Source of the DNA: Gammaproteobacteria bacterium
Lineage (GTDB): Bacteria; Pseudomonadota; Gammaproteobacteria; GCA-001735895
Reading direction: 5' to 3'
DNA: 49,718 nucleotides
Assembly: GCA_030066315.1 (NCBI GenBank)
Contig: JASJBW010000002.1
Coordinates: forward strand, 1 to 49,718
The notes below the pieces were generated by a model. That model was given only the letters and a program-made list of their open reading frames with translations. It was not told where the DNA came from and made no database searches. Both the position numbers and the translations under genes were made by a program. Positions 37,976-46,145 of the stretch are shown piece by piece (the stretch's first letter is position 1; the number at the start of each line of letters is the position of its first letter).

Positions 37976-38070
37976 ACATCGATTGATTCGAAAGAATACT
38001 AAAAACACATCGTATTTTTCGAACATTAACCAAAATATCCTGAAAAACTTTACGTTTCGAAAAAATCGAA
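37976..38070. promoter_or_regulatory. Divergent promoter region with repeated ACATCG-N5-TTCGAA units and further TTCGAA/ATCGAA copies
   Basis: acatcgattgattcgaa (37976-37992) and acatcgtatttttcgaa (38007-38023) lie 31 bp apart. tttcgaaaaaatcgaaa lies at 38055-38071. Confidence 0.4.
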
Positions 38071-38151
38071 ATATTTCATGACCTATTCCGACTTTTTTAT
38101 TGTTATTCCTCCAACATAATTATCACAACGAAAAAACTCATAGGCAAAATT

Positions 38152-39333
38152 ATGAATAGTCAAATAACAGATTCGATAATCAGCAACCATGCATTGGAGG
38201 AGAAGCTTGTAGAGTTGAAATCATTTGGTGATCCCAACAGCTTGGTCATTAGCTGCTATCTGGATATGTTGTCAGGTAAAAATGCTTGCGAATCTTTTAT
38301 AACCGAAAATTTGCGACAATTACTGGATCATGCTCCATCTCTGGATAATGATACTCGACAAACACTCGTAGAGAGTTTCATAGAAAAGTTACACCAACAT
38401 TGGCATCCGCAAGCCAAGGGATTGACGATATTCTGCGAAAACTTCGATCGTATTCCTGAGTTCATATGTTTTGCTTTGCCTCAGAACATGGGCAATCAAT
38501 TCTCGGTTTACACCAAGGCGAACATTCTTCCGTTGTTGACACTTAAAGATGAACGCTTGAATGGTTCCGTTTTAGCTTACACGGATGAAGTCATACAAAT
38601 CTACGACATTAATCTGGGGCAGATAAGACCCATGGCCTGGGCGACGGCTCCGCGACTTTCCAAGACCAGGCATATTACCGTGTCTCAAGATGAACCCCGG
38701 GAATTTGACAAACGTTTACAGAGAGTGTGTTTATCTCTGCTCAGATCTCAGGCTAAGCCCATGCTCGTGGCTGCTAATGCTGAAAACCTGGAACATATAA
38801 AACAGTGGCTACCACGCAAAATTGCCTGGAAAATTACAGACACTATCGAATTGCCTTACGAACTGGGTCATAGTGCTTTCAGTGAATTTTTACAAGCGTA
38901 TTTTCAGCAACAAAAGCAGATCGATACACGACGTATCGATGAAAATATTAAAAACTCTCTGCATGTCAAAGGCGCTACTGTTCTCGGACCCGTTTCCACC
39001 CTTGAAGCTTTACGTAATCAACAGGTTGATCGATTGTTGATCAGCCCGACTGAAAATCAAAGAGTCAATACCCACTGCCTTCATTGCAACTCTTTACTCG
39101 TTAAACCCATGAGTCAGACCTGTAACCATTGTGGTCTTTCGATACAAGAACCCTGGGACCCTATGATTGAAGCCAGCTGGATGGCCGAGGCTCAGCAAGT
39201 ACCGGTTATCGAGATCAAATCCGATGAACTGTCTTACCTGGGTGGCATGGCTTGCTTTATCAAACAAAAACGAGAGGCAGATTTAATTCCAATCAAACCA
39301 GCACCCTCAAAAGGTCTGGACCTTGTGGCTTAA
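38152..39333 (+). CDS. Bacterial eRF1/Pelota-like (baeRF-type) protein with an inserted Cys4 zinc ribbon
   Basis: 393 aa. N-terminal LVISCYLDM. C-terminal GATVLGPVSTLEALRNQQVDRLLIS (eRF1 domain-3 pattern), CLHCNS...CNHCG, then VPVIEIKSDELSYLGGMACFIK, comparable to the eRF1 C-terminal GGIgaiLR. No GGQ was seen. Confidence 0.6.
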   Translation: MNSQITDSIISNHALEEKLVELKSFGDPNSLVISCYLDMLSGKNACESFITENLRQLLDHAPSLDNDTRQTLVESFIEKLHQHWHPQAKGLTIFCENFDRIPEFICFALPQNMGNQFSVYTKANILPLLTLKDERLNGSVLAYTDEVIQIYDINLGQIRPMAWATAPRLSKTRHITVSQDEPREFDKRLQRVCLSLLRSQAKPMLVAANAENLEHIKQWLPRKIAWKITDTIELPYELGHSAFSEFLQAYFQQQKQIDTRRIDENIKNSLHVKGATVLGPVSTLEALRNQQVDRLLISPTENQRVNTHCLHCNSLLVKPMSQTCNHCGLSIQEPWDPMIEASWMAEAQQVPVIEIKSDELSYLGGMACFIKQKREADLIPIKPAPSKGLDLVA

Positions 39334-39347
39334 TTAGGTCGTTTATC

Positions 39348-39647
39348 ATGCTTTTAGAAATAAACAGTAAACATATTGATAGTGCACGTGTGGAGCAAAT
39401 CCTTAAATTTTATCTGGGTAGATTAGAAAATCAGATCATGAAGCTTTCAATCGATCTCAATGATCGGGAACAGAATAACGAGACACAATTTATGGTTCGA
39501 CTTCAAACCACATTAAACAATGGTTCCACAATTGAATTTATGGAGATTCAGAAAGACTTACTGATCGCTACACAACGCGTGCTTGATCGTCTGGTCCGCC
39601 ATCTTCAACTACAACGTAAACGACAACGTTTTATGAGGCAATTATAA
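39348..39647 (+). CDS. HPF/RaiA-like small basic protein (divergent)
   Basis: 99 aa starting 14 nt after the eRF1-like stop. The pattern LEINSKHIDSARVEQILKFYLGRL ... LSIDLND ... FMVRLQTTL ... IEFMEIQKDLLIATQRVLDRLVRHLQLQRKRQR parallels ORF 6744-7103 segment by segment. Confidence 0.5.
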   Translation: MLLEINSKHIDSARVEQILKFYLGRLENQIMKLSIDLNDREQNNETQFMVRLQTTLNNGSTIEFMEIQKDLLIATQRVLDRLVRHLQLQRKRQRFMRQL

Positions 39648-39701
39648 ATATGGGATGATCAAAGCATTTTAAATTTTTAATTCACATAGGAGCATAACAC
39701 C

Positions 39702-40433
39702 ATGAGTCTAAATAACTTACTGAACCAATTCTTAGGATCTTCAAACCCGGGAGCCACTGACAGCCAGGGCCAGGGACTTGGACAAACCGTATCGAACCTG
39801 GCCAAAGGTATTCCTGGAGGGCTTGCCGGCGGTGCCGCCGCGGGTGGTATCGTGGCATTACTGATGAGCAATAAATCAGCGCGTAAATATGCCGGCAAGG
39901 CTGCTAAATATGGCGGAGCTGCGATGCTGGGTGGTCTGGCCTTCAAGGCCTACCAAAACTGGAGTAATAATAACAGCGCACCTGCTCAGGCCCAGAATAA
40001 CAGCATTTCACCTGCCTTGAGCGAAACCAATTTTCATCAACATGCTATTGAATCCTCAGTGGACAGCCAGGATGACTTTGAATTAACGGTGGTGAAGGCC
40101 ATGATCGCTGCCGCCAAGTCTGATGGTCATATCGACGCCGAAGAGCAACAACGCATATTCCAGGCAGTTGATAATATGGAACTGACTGCCGAAGAAAAGG
40201 GCATCGTTTTCGACAGCCTGCAAAAGGATATCCCCATCAGTGAGATTGCCGGTAATGTCAGAAGCTTGGAGCTAAAATCAGAAATTTATCTGGCTTCATG
40301 CCTGGTGACCAAGGCTGATCATCCGGGAGAGCGTGAATACCTGGATAAGCTAGGCTTAGCCTTGGCATTACCTAAAGAGTTATTGCAGCAACTTGAGTGG
40401 CAGGCCCAGCAGGCATACGCCGAAGCGGCCTAA
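39702..40433 (+). CDS. DUF533 / TerB-family protein (YebE-like)
   Basis: Gly/Ala-rich N-terminal part with one TM (GGAAAGGIVALLM). The C-terminal TerB-like segment reads VVKAMIAAAKSDGHIDAEEQQRI. AGGAG SD. Confidence 0.75.
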   Translation: MSLNNLLNQFLGSSNPGATDSQGQGLGQTVSNLAKGIPGGLAGGAAAGGIVALLMSNKSARKYAGKAAKYGGAAMLGGLAFKAYQNWSNNNSAPAQAQNNSISPALSETNFHQHAIESSVDSQDDFELTVVKAMIAAAKSDGHIDAEEQQRIFQAVDNMELTAEEKGIVFDSLQKDIPISEIAGNVRSLELKSEIYLASCLVTKADHPGEREYLDKLGLALALPKELLQQLEWQAQQAYAEAA

Positions 40434-40455
40434 TTCCTCCCCCAACGCCACTTTT

Positions 40456-40488
40456 GCACGGGTTCCTTACCTGGACCCGTGCTTTTTT
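40456..40488 (+). terminator. Rho-independent terminator closing the eRF1-like/HPF-like/DUF533 trio
   Basis: gcacgggt...acccgtgc stem followed by T6. Confidence 0.8.
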
Positions 40489-40611
40489 GGTTTTTTTAAA
40501 CCCGCTATTTTAACCCTCTTAGCCGATCGAAAGGCTATGCGTGGCTATTCTTAATGATAAGCCCCAAATCCACGCCCAATTGTACAACCCATCCCTGAAT
40601 AACTTAAGGTA

Positions 40612-40640
40612 TTCACCACACCTCTAATACTTCGTATAAT
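40612..40640 (+). promoter_or_regulatory. Candidate sigma70 promoter of the Mrp-like operon
   Basis: TTCACC-N17-TATAAT. The TATAATTCGAA unit recurs 22 bp downstream (40657-40667). Confidence 0.35.
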
Positions 40641-40741
40641 TCGAACTATAGATGATTATAATTCGAATTTTATTATTTTTACTGAGCCTCATCATATAAA
40701 CCTATGGTGTAAAACTATTCAAATCTCTTCAGGAGTTAAAG

Positions 40742-40915
40742 ATGATTAAGCTTTTCTGTAATGCCCTGTATCGAGCCAGGTCGTATATTTGGGGGACTAT
40801 TGAGTCAATGGCGCTCTTAAATCTGATGCGAGACAAATCACTGCATTATAAACCCGTTCCAATCCGTATCACTTACCGGAGCCCCTTACGACGCAAGCTT
40901 GATAGAACACCATGA
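40742..40915 (+). CDS. 57-aa basic leader ORF coupled to the first Mrp-like gene (below the ORF-track cut-off)
   Basis: AGGAG lies 6 nt before the ATG. Hand translation MIKLFCNALYRARSYIWGTIESMALLNLMRDKSLHYKPVPIRITYRSPLRRKLDRTP. Its TGA overlaps the next ATG (ATGA). Confidence 0.4.
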   Translation: MIKLFCNALYRARSYIWGTIESMALLNLMRDKSLHYKPVPIRITYRSPLRRKLDRTP

Positions 40916-41403
40916 AGAAAAATGCCAACTGGGTTTTCTGGGGCCTCGTACTCGCATCAATCTGGTTGTTATTAAGCCAGGGTGACATCGCTTCATGGGT
41001 TATCGGTTTACCCTTTATACTTATCGCCATGGCTTTACGTCCAAGCGGGCAGCAAAGCCAAAATAAAGAGAGCACATTCAACCTGACGGGCTTGCTTCGA
41101 TTTTCATACTTTTTCTTCATTGAGTCTTTCCGCGGGGCCATCGATATCAGTCGTCGTGTATTGACGACTGACCTCAAGCTTGACCCCTATTTTTATGAGT
41201 ATTCAATCCGCTTGCGACATCCAGTGGCCCGACAACTTTTTGTTAACACCATTAGTTTAGTCCCGGGCACACTGAGTGCCGATTGGTTCAATGAAAACGC
41301 CCGTATTCATAGCCTGGATAAACAGCCTCAATTGAAGCAGGGAGTCATTCAACTGGAAAACCGAATCGCATCCATTTTTGGAGAACAGCTTGATGGCCAC
41401 TGA
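40912..41403 (+). CDS. Mrp/Mnh/Pha-type cation:proton antiporter subunit E
   Basis: 163 aa, two N-terminal TM segments, and the ISLVPGTLS motif characteristic of MnhE. Confidence 0.75.
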   Translation: MKKNANWVFWGLVLASIWLLLSQGDIASWVIGLPFILIAMALRPSGQQSQNKESTFNLTGLLRFSYFFFIESFRGAIDISRRVLTTDLKLDPYFYEYSIRLRHPVARQLFVNTISLVPGTLSADWFNENARIHSLDKQPQLKQGVIQLENRIASIFGEQLDGH

Positions 41404-41677
41404 ATCACTGTCGTCGACGATACAAGTGAGCCTCATGTTTGCACTGTTTCTGTTGATGGTGAGCCTGGTAATTGGATTAATCCGTGCCTGGAAGGGGCCC
41501 AGCATTGAAGATCGCTTCAGCTCCTTACTTCTGATCAGCAGCACAGGTGTTGCCATCATGTTTATACTGGGCCTAATTCTGCAATTACCAGCACTCTATG
41601 ATTCTGCACTGGTTCTCGCTTTACTTGCAGCCGTCATTAGTATTGCCCTGACGCGCCTGGAGTCACACCATGATTGA
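41393..41677 (+). CDS. Mrp-type antiporter subunit F
   Basis: 94 aa, 3 TM. KGPSIEDRF motif. The ATG overlaps the end of subunit E. Confidence 0.75.
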   Translation: MATESLSSTIQVSLMFALFLLMVSLVIGLIRAWKGPSIEDRFSSLLLISSTGVAIMFILGLILQLPALYDSALVLALLAAVISIALTRLESHHD

Positions 41678-41957
41678 TATCCTGGCATTGACGATAATAC
41701 TGGGCGGTGTTTTTTTCTACATGACCGGTAGCATTGGCCTCATCAGGCTACCTGATCTTTTTTCTCGTCTACATGCCCTGTCAAAAGCCGATAACACCGG
41801 CCTGGCATTGATAACCCTGGGAATTGCCATGCTGGAACCGGACAAAATACTGATTTTTAAATTGATTTTGGTCTGGTTATTAATGCTCGCTGCAAGCGCT
41901 ATATCCTCGCATCTAATTGCCAAACATGCTTTATCAGGGGGTAAACAAGATGACTGA
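41670..41957 (+). CDS. Mrp-type antiporter subunit G
   Basis: 95 aa. GSIGLIRLPDLFSRLHALSKADNTG matches the MnhG signature. Confidence 0.8.
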   Translation: MIDILALTIILGGVFFYMTGSIGLIRLPDLFSRLHALSKADNTGLALITLGIAMLEPDKILIFKLILVWLLMLAASAISSHLIAKHALSGGKQDD

Positions 41958-42921
41958 ATGGTTATGGTTATTCCTTGATCTGACTCTGATACTTTTATTG
42001 TTGACCTTGGCCTGGCTTACTTGTGCAACCCACAACAATCAGAAAGGCGTCACTTATTTCATTGCCTTTGGTTTACTGCTCGCCCTGGCCTGGGCACGTC
42101 TTAAGGCTCCTGATCTGGCACTTGCAGAAGCCGTTATTGGTGCTGGAATCTCGGGAGCTTTACTGCTGGCCGCTATAAAACATGACGATGATGCTCAGTC
42201 TGTTAACAAACTGCCGTCAATAAAGCTTTGGATGGTTAATCTATTGACAGTGGCATTGGCTACTCTCATGGGCTGGGGTGTATGGCATGGTCTGGAATTA
42301 TCTGATGGTAACCGCCTGGCGGACCAGGTCCTGGCTCAGGTACCAGAGAGTGGCGTCACCAATCCAGTCACAGCGGTATTGTTAAACTTCAGGGCTTACG
42401 ACACCCTTCTGGAACTGGCGGTGGTTTTAACCGCGGTTTTAGCCGTGCTGACCTTGAATCCAATGCGTAAAACTTACGTGCCGGCAGAACCGATATTGCA
42501 AACTATGTTGTCATGGCTGGTGCCATTACTGGTAGTGACATCAGGCTACCTGTTATGGGTGGGTGCGCATGCACCTGGTGGCGCTTTCCAGGCAGGTGCC
42601 TTACTGGCTTCGGCTTTGATACTTTTACAGTTGGCCCAACCGACCGCTTACCAGGCCATAAATCTCAACTGGATGCGATTTTTACTGATTGTTGGAATCG
42701 CTGTCTTCGTGAGTGTTGGACTTCTCATGATGTTTTTAAACACTGCCTTTCTCGGTTATTCCAGTAGCTGGTCCGGTATCCTGATTTTAGTAATCGAAAC
42801 CGCGGCAACCTTCTCGATTGCCAGTGCTCTGGCCATTGCTTATATGGGGGGACGGCCAGATGGCTGGGAGACATTTGAGACCTCAACTTCGTCAGGACAT
42901 CAGGGAGGCAAGCATTCATGA
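41950..42921 (+). CDS. Mrp-type subunit B with an N-terminal DUF4040 domain
   Basis: The DUF4040-like N-terminus is followed by NPVTAVLLNFRAYDTLLELAVV (MnhB core). The ATG overlaps the subunit G end by 8 nt. Confidence 0.75.
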   Translation: MTEWLWLFLDLTLILLLLTLAWLTCATHNNQKGVTYFIAFGLLLALAWARLKAPDLALAEAVIGAGISGALLLAAIKHDDDAQSVNKLPSIKLWMVNLLTVALATLMGWGVWHGLELSDGNRLADQVLAQVPESGVTNPVTAVLLNFRAYDTLLELAVVLTAVLAVLTLNPMRKTYVPAEPILQTMLSWLVPLLVVTSGYLLWVGAHAPGGAFQAGALLASALILLQLAQPTAYQAINLNWMRFLLIVGIAVFVSVGLLMMFLNTAFLGYSSSWSGILILVIETAATFSIASALAIAYMGGRPDGWETFETSTSSGHQGGKHS

Positions 42922-43202
42922 TCAGTGAACAATTGTTATTTGCCCTATGCGGGATTGGTATATTCAGTATTGGTTTGCGCGCCACTCTAATCCATCAACA
43001 GTTGTTATCTCGCCTGTTGGCTCTTAATGTCTGCGGTGCGGGCGTGTTCCTTATATTCATTGCAATCGCTTACCGCGGAGAGACACAGATAGCGGATCCT
43101 GTTCCTCATGCACTCGTTTTAACGGGCATCGTGGTTGCCGTCAGCGCGATGGCCATGGCTCTGGCACTGCGACATAAACTGAAGGATCTAAACGATGAAT
43201 AA
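42918..43202 (+). CDS. Mrp-type subunit C (NuoK-like)
   Basis: 94 aa, 3 TM. DPVPHALVLTGIVVAVS motif. ATGA overlap with subunit B. Confidence 0.8.
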   Translation: MISEQLLFALCGIGIFSIGLRATLIHQQLLSRLLALNVCGAGVFLIFIAIAYRGETQIADPVPHALVLTGIVVAVSAMAMALALRHKLKDLNDE

Positions 43203-44646
43203 TCCAATGGTCTGGGTCATTATGCTGCCGTTACTGGCCAGCCTGATCACGTTGGCCTGGCCCAGGCGTGCACACTGGATCGGCTTACTATTCAGCGTGA
43301 TTACACTGGCCTTCAGTATGGTATTGGTATACCAAGTTTTTAATGGGGGACCTCAAACCCATGAATTGGGCAATTGGAATGCCGGGTTGGGCATTGCATT
43401 GCGTGCTGACGCCTTGTCTGCATCACTGCTGGTCATGGCCATGTTGGTATTCACCGCGACCACTTTCTATGCGGACGCATATTTTTCTGATGTAAATAAG
43501 CGCATGCGGTTTTGGCCATTATGGTTGATGCTCTCGACCGCGATCAATGCCTTGTTACTTTCGGGTGACCTGTTTAATCTCTACGTGACCCTTGAATTAC
43601 TGGGTTTATCGGCCGTTGCCCTCACCGCATTAAGTGATAATCGGGCAGCGTTACAGGCATCCATTCGATATTTGAGTATTGGACTCCTGGGCTCTCTGGT
43701 GTTTCTAGCCGGTGTGGCTTTAATTTACACCGGTTATGGAATTCTCGATCTTGAATTACTCGCTCAGCGCATTCAGGCAGAGCCCCTGGCCCAGGTCGCC
43801 TTAACCTTGATGAGCGCCGGCTTGATTATAAAATCAGCGCTGTTTCCCATGCATTTCTGGTTACCCGCAGCTCATGCCAGCGCACCGGCACCCGTCAGTG
43901 CTGCACTTTCCGCATTGGTGGTAAAAGTTTCACTTTATATCATTTTACGCCTCTGGATTGATGTCTTCGATGTGGTAATCACTCCTGCATCAGCCTTGTT
44001 GATAGGGATTCTGGGCGCAGCTGCGGTCATCTGGGGATCCTGGCAAGCACTAAGGGCAGAACGATTAAAATTACTGGCCGCTTATTCGACTGTGGCACAG
44101 TTAGGTTATCTATTCATATTTATACCACTGATCACAGGACTGCCTGAAGGACAGTTGCGTGAGACTGCATTTACGGCCCTGGTACTTCTGGCGCTGACTC
44201 ATGGCTTTGCCAAGAGTGCCTTATTTTTAAGCGCCGGCGTGGTTCAACACCGTGCGGGACATGATCGAATTGCGGATCTAGCAGGCACTTCCAGAGCCTT
44301 GCCATTAACCACCTTTATCATTGCTTTATCCGGTGTGGCTCTGATCGGGCTCCCCCCGAGTGGCAGTTTTATTGCCAAATGGCAACTTTTAGCGGCATCT
44401 ATTCATAGTGCCCAGTGGTGGTGGATACCGGTAGTAGCGACCGGCTCAATATTAGCTGCCGCGTATACATTCCGTGTACTGGGACACGCCTTTGGCCCTG
44501 GTGACAGCGCGGGTAAGGTGTTGAACTGGGGACGTGAAGAGATCCCCGCATTGACTCTGGCTCTATTTGCCACGGTTGTGCTGGGATTAGGCTCCGCCGG
44601 GCTCTGGGATTTCATCAGTAACAACAGTCAATTTATAGGCGGCTAA
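43195..44646 (+). CDS. Mrp-type subunit D-like (NuoM/N-like proton-conducting subunit), copy 1
   Basis: 483 aa. TM5 Glu (VTLELLGL) and TM7 Lys motif IKSALFPMHFWLPAAHA. Confidence 0.8.
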   Translation: MNNPMVWVIMLPLLASLITLAWPRRAHWIGLLFSVITLAFSMVLVYQVFNGGPQTHELGNWNAGLGIALRADALSASLLVMAMLVFTATTFYADAYFSDVNKRMRFWPLWLMLSTAINALLLSGDLFNLYVTLELLGLSAVALTALSDNRAALQASIRYLSIGLLGSLVFLAGVALIYTGYGILDLELLAQRIQAEPLAQVALTLMSAGLIIKSALFPMHFWLPAAHASAPAPVSAALSALVVKVSLYIILRLWIDVFDVVITPASALLIGILGAAAVIWGSWQALRAERLKLLAAYSTVAQLGYLFIFIPLITGLPEGQLRETAFTALVLLALTHGFAKSALFLSAGVVQHRAGHDRIADLAGTSRALPLTTFIIALSGVALIGLPPSGSFIAKWQLLAASIHSAQWWWIPVVATGSILAAAYTFRVLGHAFGPGDSAGKVLNWGREEIPALTLALFATVVLGLGSAGLWDFISNNSQFIGG

Positions 44647-44647
44647 A

Positions 44648-46144
44648 ATGAATCTATTCAACAGCTTACCGCTACTGATTCTACTCAGCTCGTTGTTGCC
44701 AGGGCTTGCGATCTTCTTGCTAAAAGAAGAGAGCCATGGATTGCGCACCTTGTTAAACCTGCTGGGTGCCGTCACCAAATTATTATTCGTCGCGATCATG
44801 ATTTGGGGAGTTTTTCATGAAAGAGATATTGAAATGCGCTGGGCACTGGGCCCAGGTCTGGAACTTGTTTTACAGGCAGATGCGCTCTCAGTCCTATTTG
44901 TCACCCTATCCACCATACTGTGGTTAGTCACGACCATCTATGCGATTGGTTACCTGGAAAATACTCCACATCGCAGCCGTTTTTTTGGTTTCTTCAGCCT
45001 TTGTGTCACCGCGACCGTGGGGCTCGCACTGTCAGGCAACTTGTTCACTTTTGTTATTTTTTACGAATTACTGACCCTGGCCACCTATCCTCTGGTCGCG
45101 CACAAAGGTTCCCCCATGGCCGTCAGGGGAGCTCGCATCTACCTGGCATATACCCTGGGCGGTGGAATACTGTTATTAATTGGCGCGGTTTGGCTACATA
45201 CAATCGCTGGCCCTATTGAGTTTACTCAGGGTGGCTTGCTTTCACAATTACCCCATCTTGATCCCAATGCACTACGCTGGATATTCTTGCTGTTAATCAT
45301 TGGTCTGGGGGTCAAGGCTGCCCTCTTCCCGCTACATGGCTGGTTACCCCAGGCAATGGTGGCACCCGCGCCGGTTAGTGCCCTGTTACATGCGGTTGCC
45401 GTGGTCAAAGCGGGGGCATTTGGCATCGTACGCGTAGTCTACGATGTGTATGGAGTTGAATTTTCCGCCTCACTTAATCTGCTACCTTTTCTTGGCGCCA
45501 TGGCAGCCTTTACGATCATTTATGGTTCAGTGAAGGCCTTGTCGCAAGACCATTTGAAACGACGATTAGCCTATTCAACCATCAGCCAGGTTTCCTATAT
45601 TGCACTCGGAACCGCGATTGTCGGTCCACTAGCCACCATCGGTGGCGTTGTGCACCTGGTCCATCAAGGTGTGATGAAAATTACCCTGTTTTTTGCTGCC
45701 GGTAATTATGCAGAAAATTTAGGCGTACACCGGGTCAGTGAAATGGATGGTATCGGCAAACGCATGCCGGCGACGACATTGGCCTTCAGCATCGCCGTAC
45801 TTGGCATGATTGGAATACCACCCGTCGCCGGATTTATCAGTAAATGGTATCTCGGTCTGGGTGCACTCCAAACCGGTGATGGTATCTGGGTGATTCCGGT
45901 ATTATTGATCAGCAGCCTCCTCAATGCCGCCTATTTCCTGCCCATATTATATCGCGCCTGGTTTAAACGAGCGGTTACCGCATGGCCAGAGGAAAAACCC
46001 AAAACCGGTCGCTGGGAAATGCCTGGTGCATTAATGTGGCCTCCCGTAATTACTGCCTCACTGGCTTTGATTATCGGCCTGTTTGCCGCAGCACCTTATA
46101 GCCCGCTGGAATGGGCTTCACTGATTGCGGAACGGGAGTACTGA
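44648..46144 (+). CDS. Mrp-type subunit D-like, copy 2
   Basis: 498 aa with IFYELLTLATYPLV and VKAALFPLHGWLPQAM. It starts 1 nt after copy 1 ends. Confidence 0.8.
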   Translation: MNLFNSLPLLILLSSLLPGLAIFLLKEESHGLRTLLNLLGAVTKLLFVAIMIWGVFHERDIEMRWALGPGLELVLQADALSVLFVTLSTILWLVTTIYAIGYLENTPHRSRFFGFFSLCVTATVGLALSGNLFTFVIFYELLTLATYPLVAHKGSPMAVRGARIYLAYTLGGGILLLIGAVWLHTIAGPIEFTQGGLLSQLPHLDPNALRWIFLLLIIGLGVKAALFPLHGWLPQAMVAPAPVSALLHAVAVVKAGAFGIVRVVYDVYGVEFSASLNLLPFLGAMAAFTIIYGSVKALSQDHLKRRLAYSTISQVSYIALGTAIVGPLATIGGVVHLVHQGVMKITLFFAAGNYAENLGVHRVSEMDGIGKRMPATTLAFSIAVLGMIGIPPVAGFISKWYLGLGALQTGDGIWVIPVLLISSLLNAAYFLPILYRAWFKRAVTAWPEEKPKTGRWEMPGALMWPPVITASLALIIGLFAAAPYSPLEWASLIAEREY

Positions 46145-46145
46145 C

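Noticed and set aside
39677-39946. 89-aa minus-strand Pro/Ala-rich ORF
   Set aside because: It is the antisense shadow of the Gly/Ala-rich N-terminal part of the DUF533 gene.
40869-41177. 102-aa minus-strand ORF over the start of the Mrp-like operon
   Set aside because: It overlaps the well-supported subunit E gene, has no SD and shows no motif.
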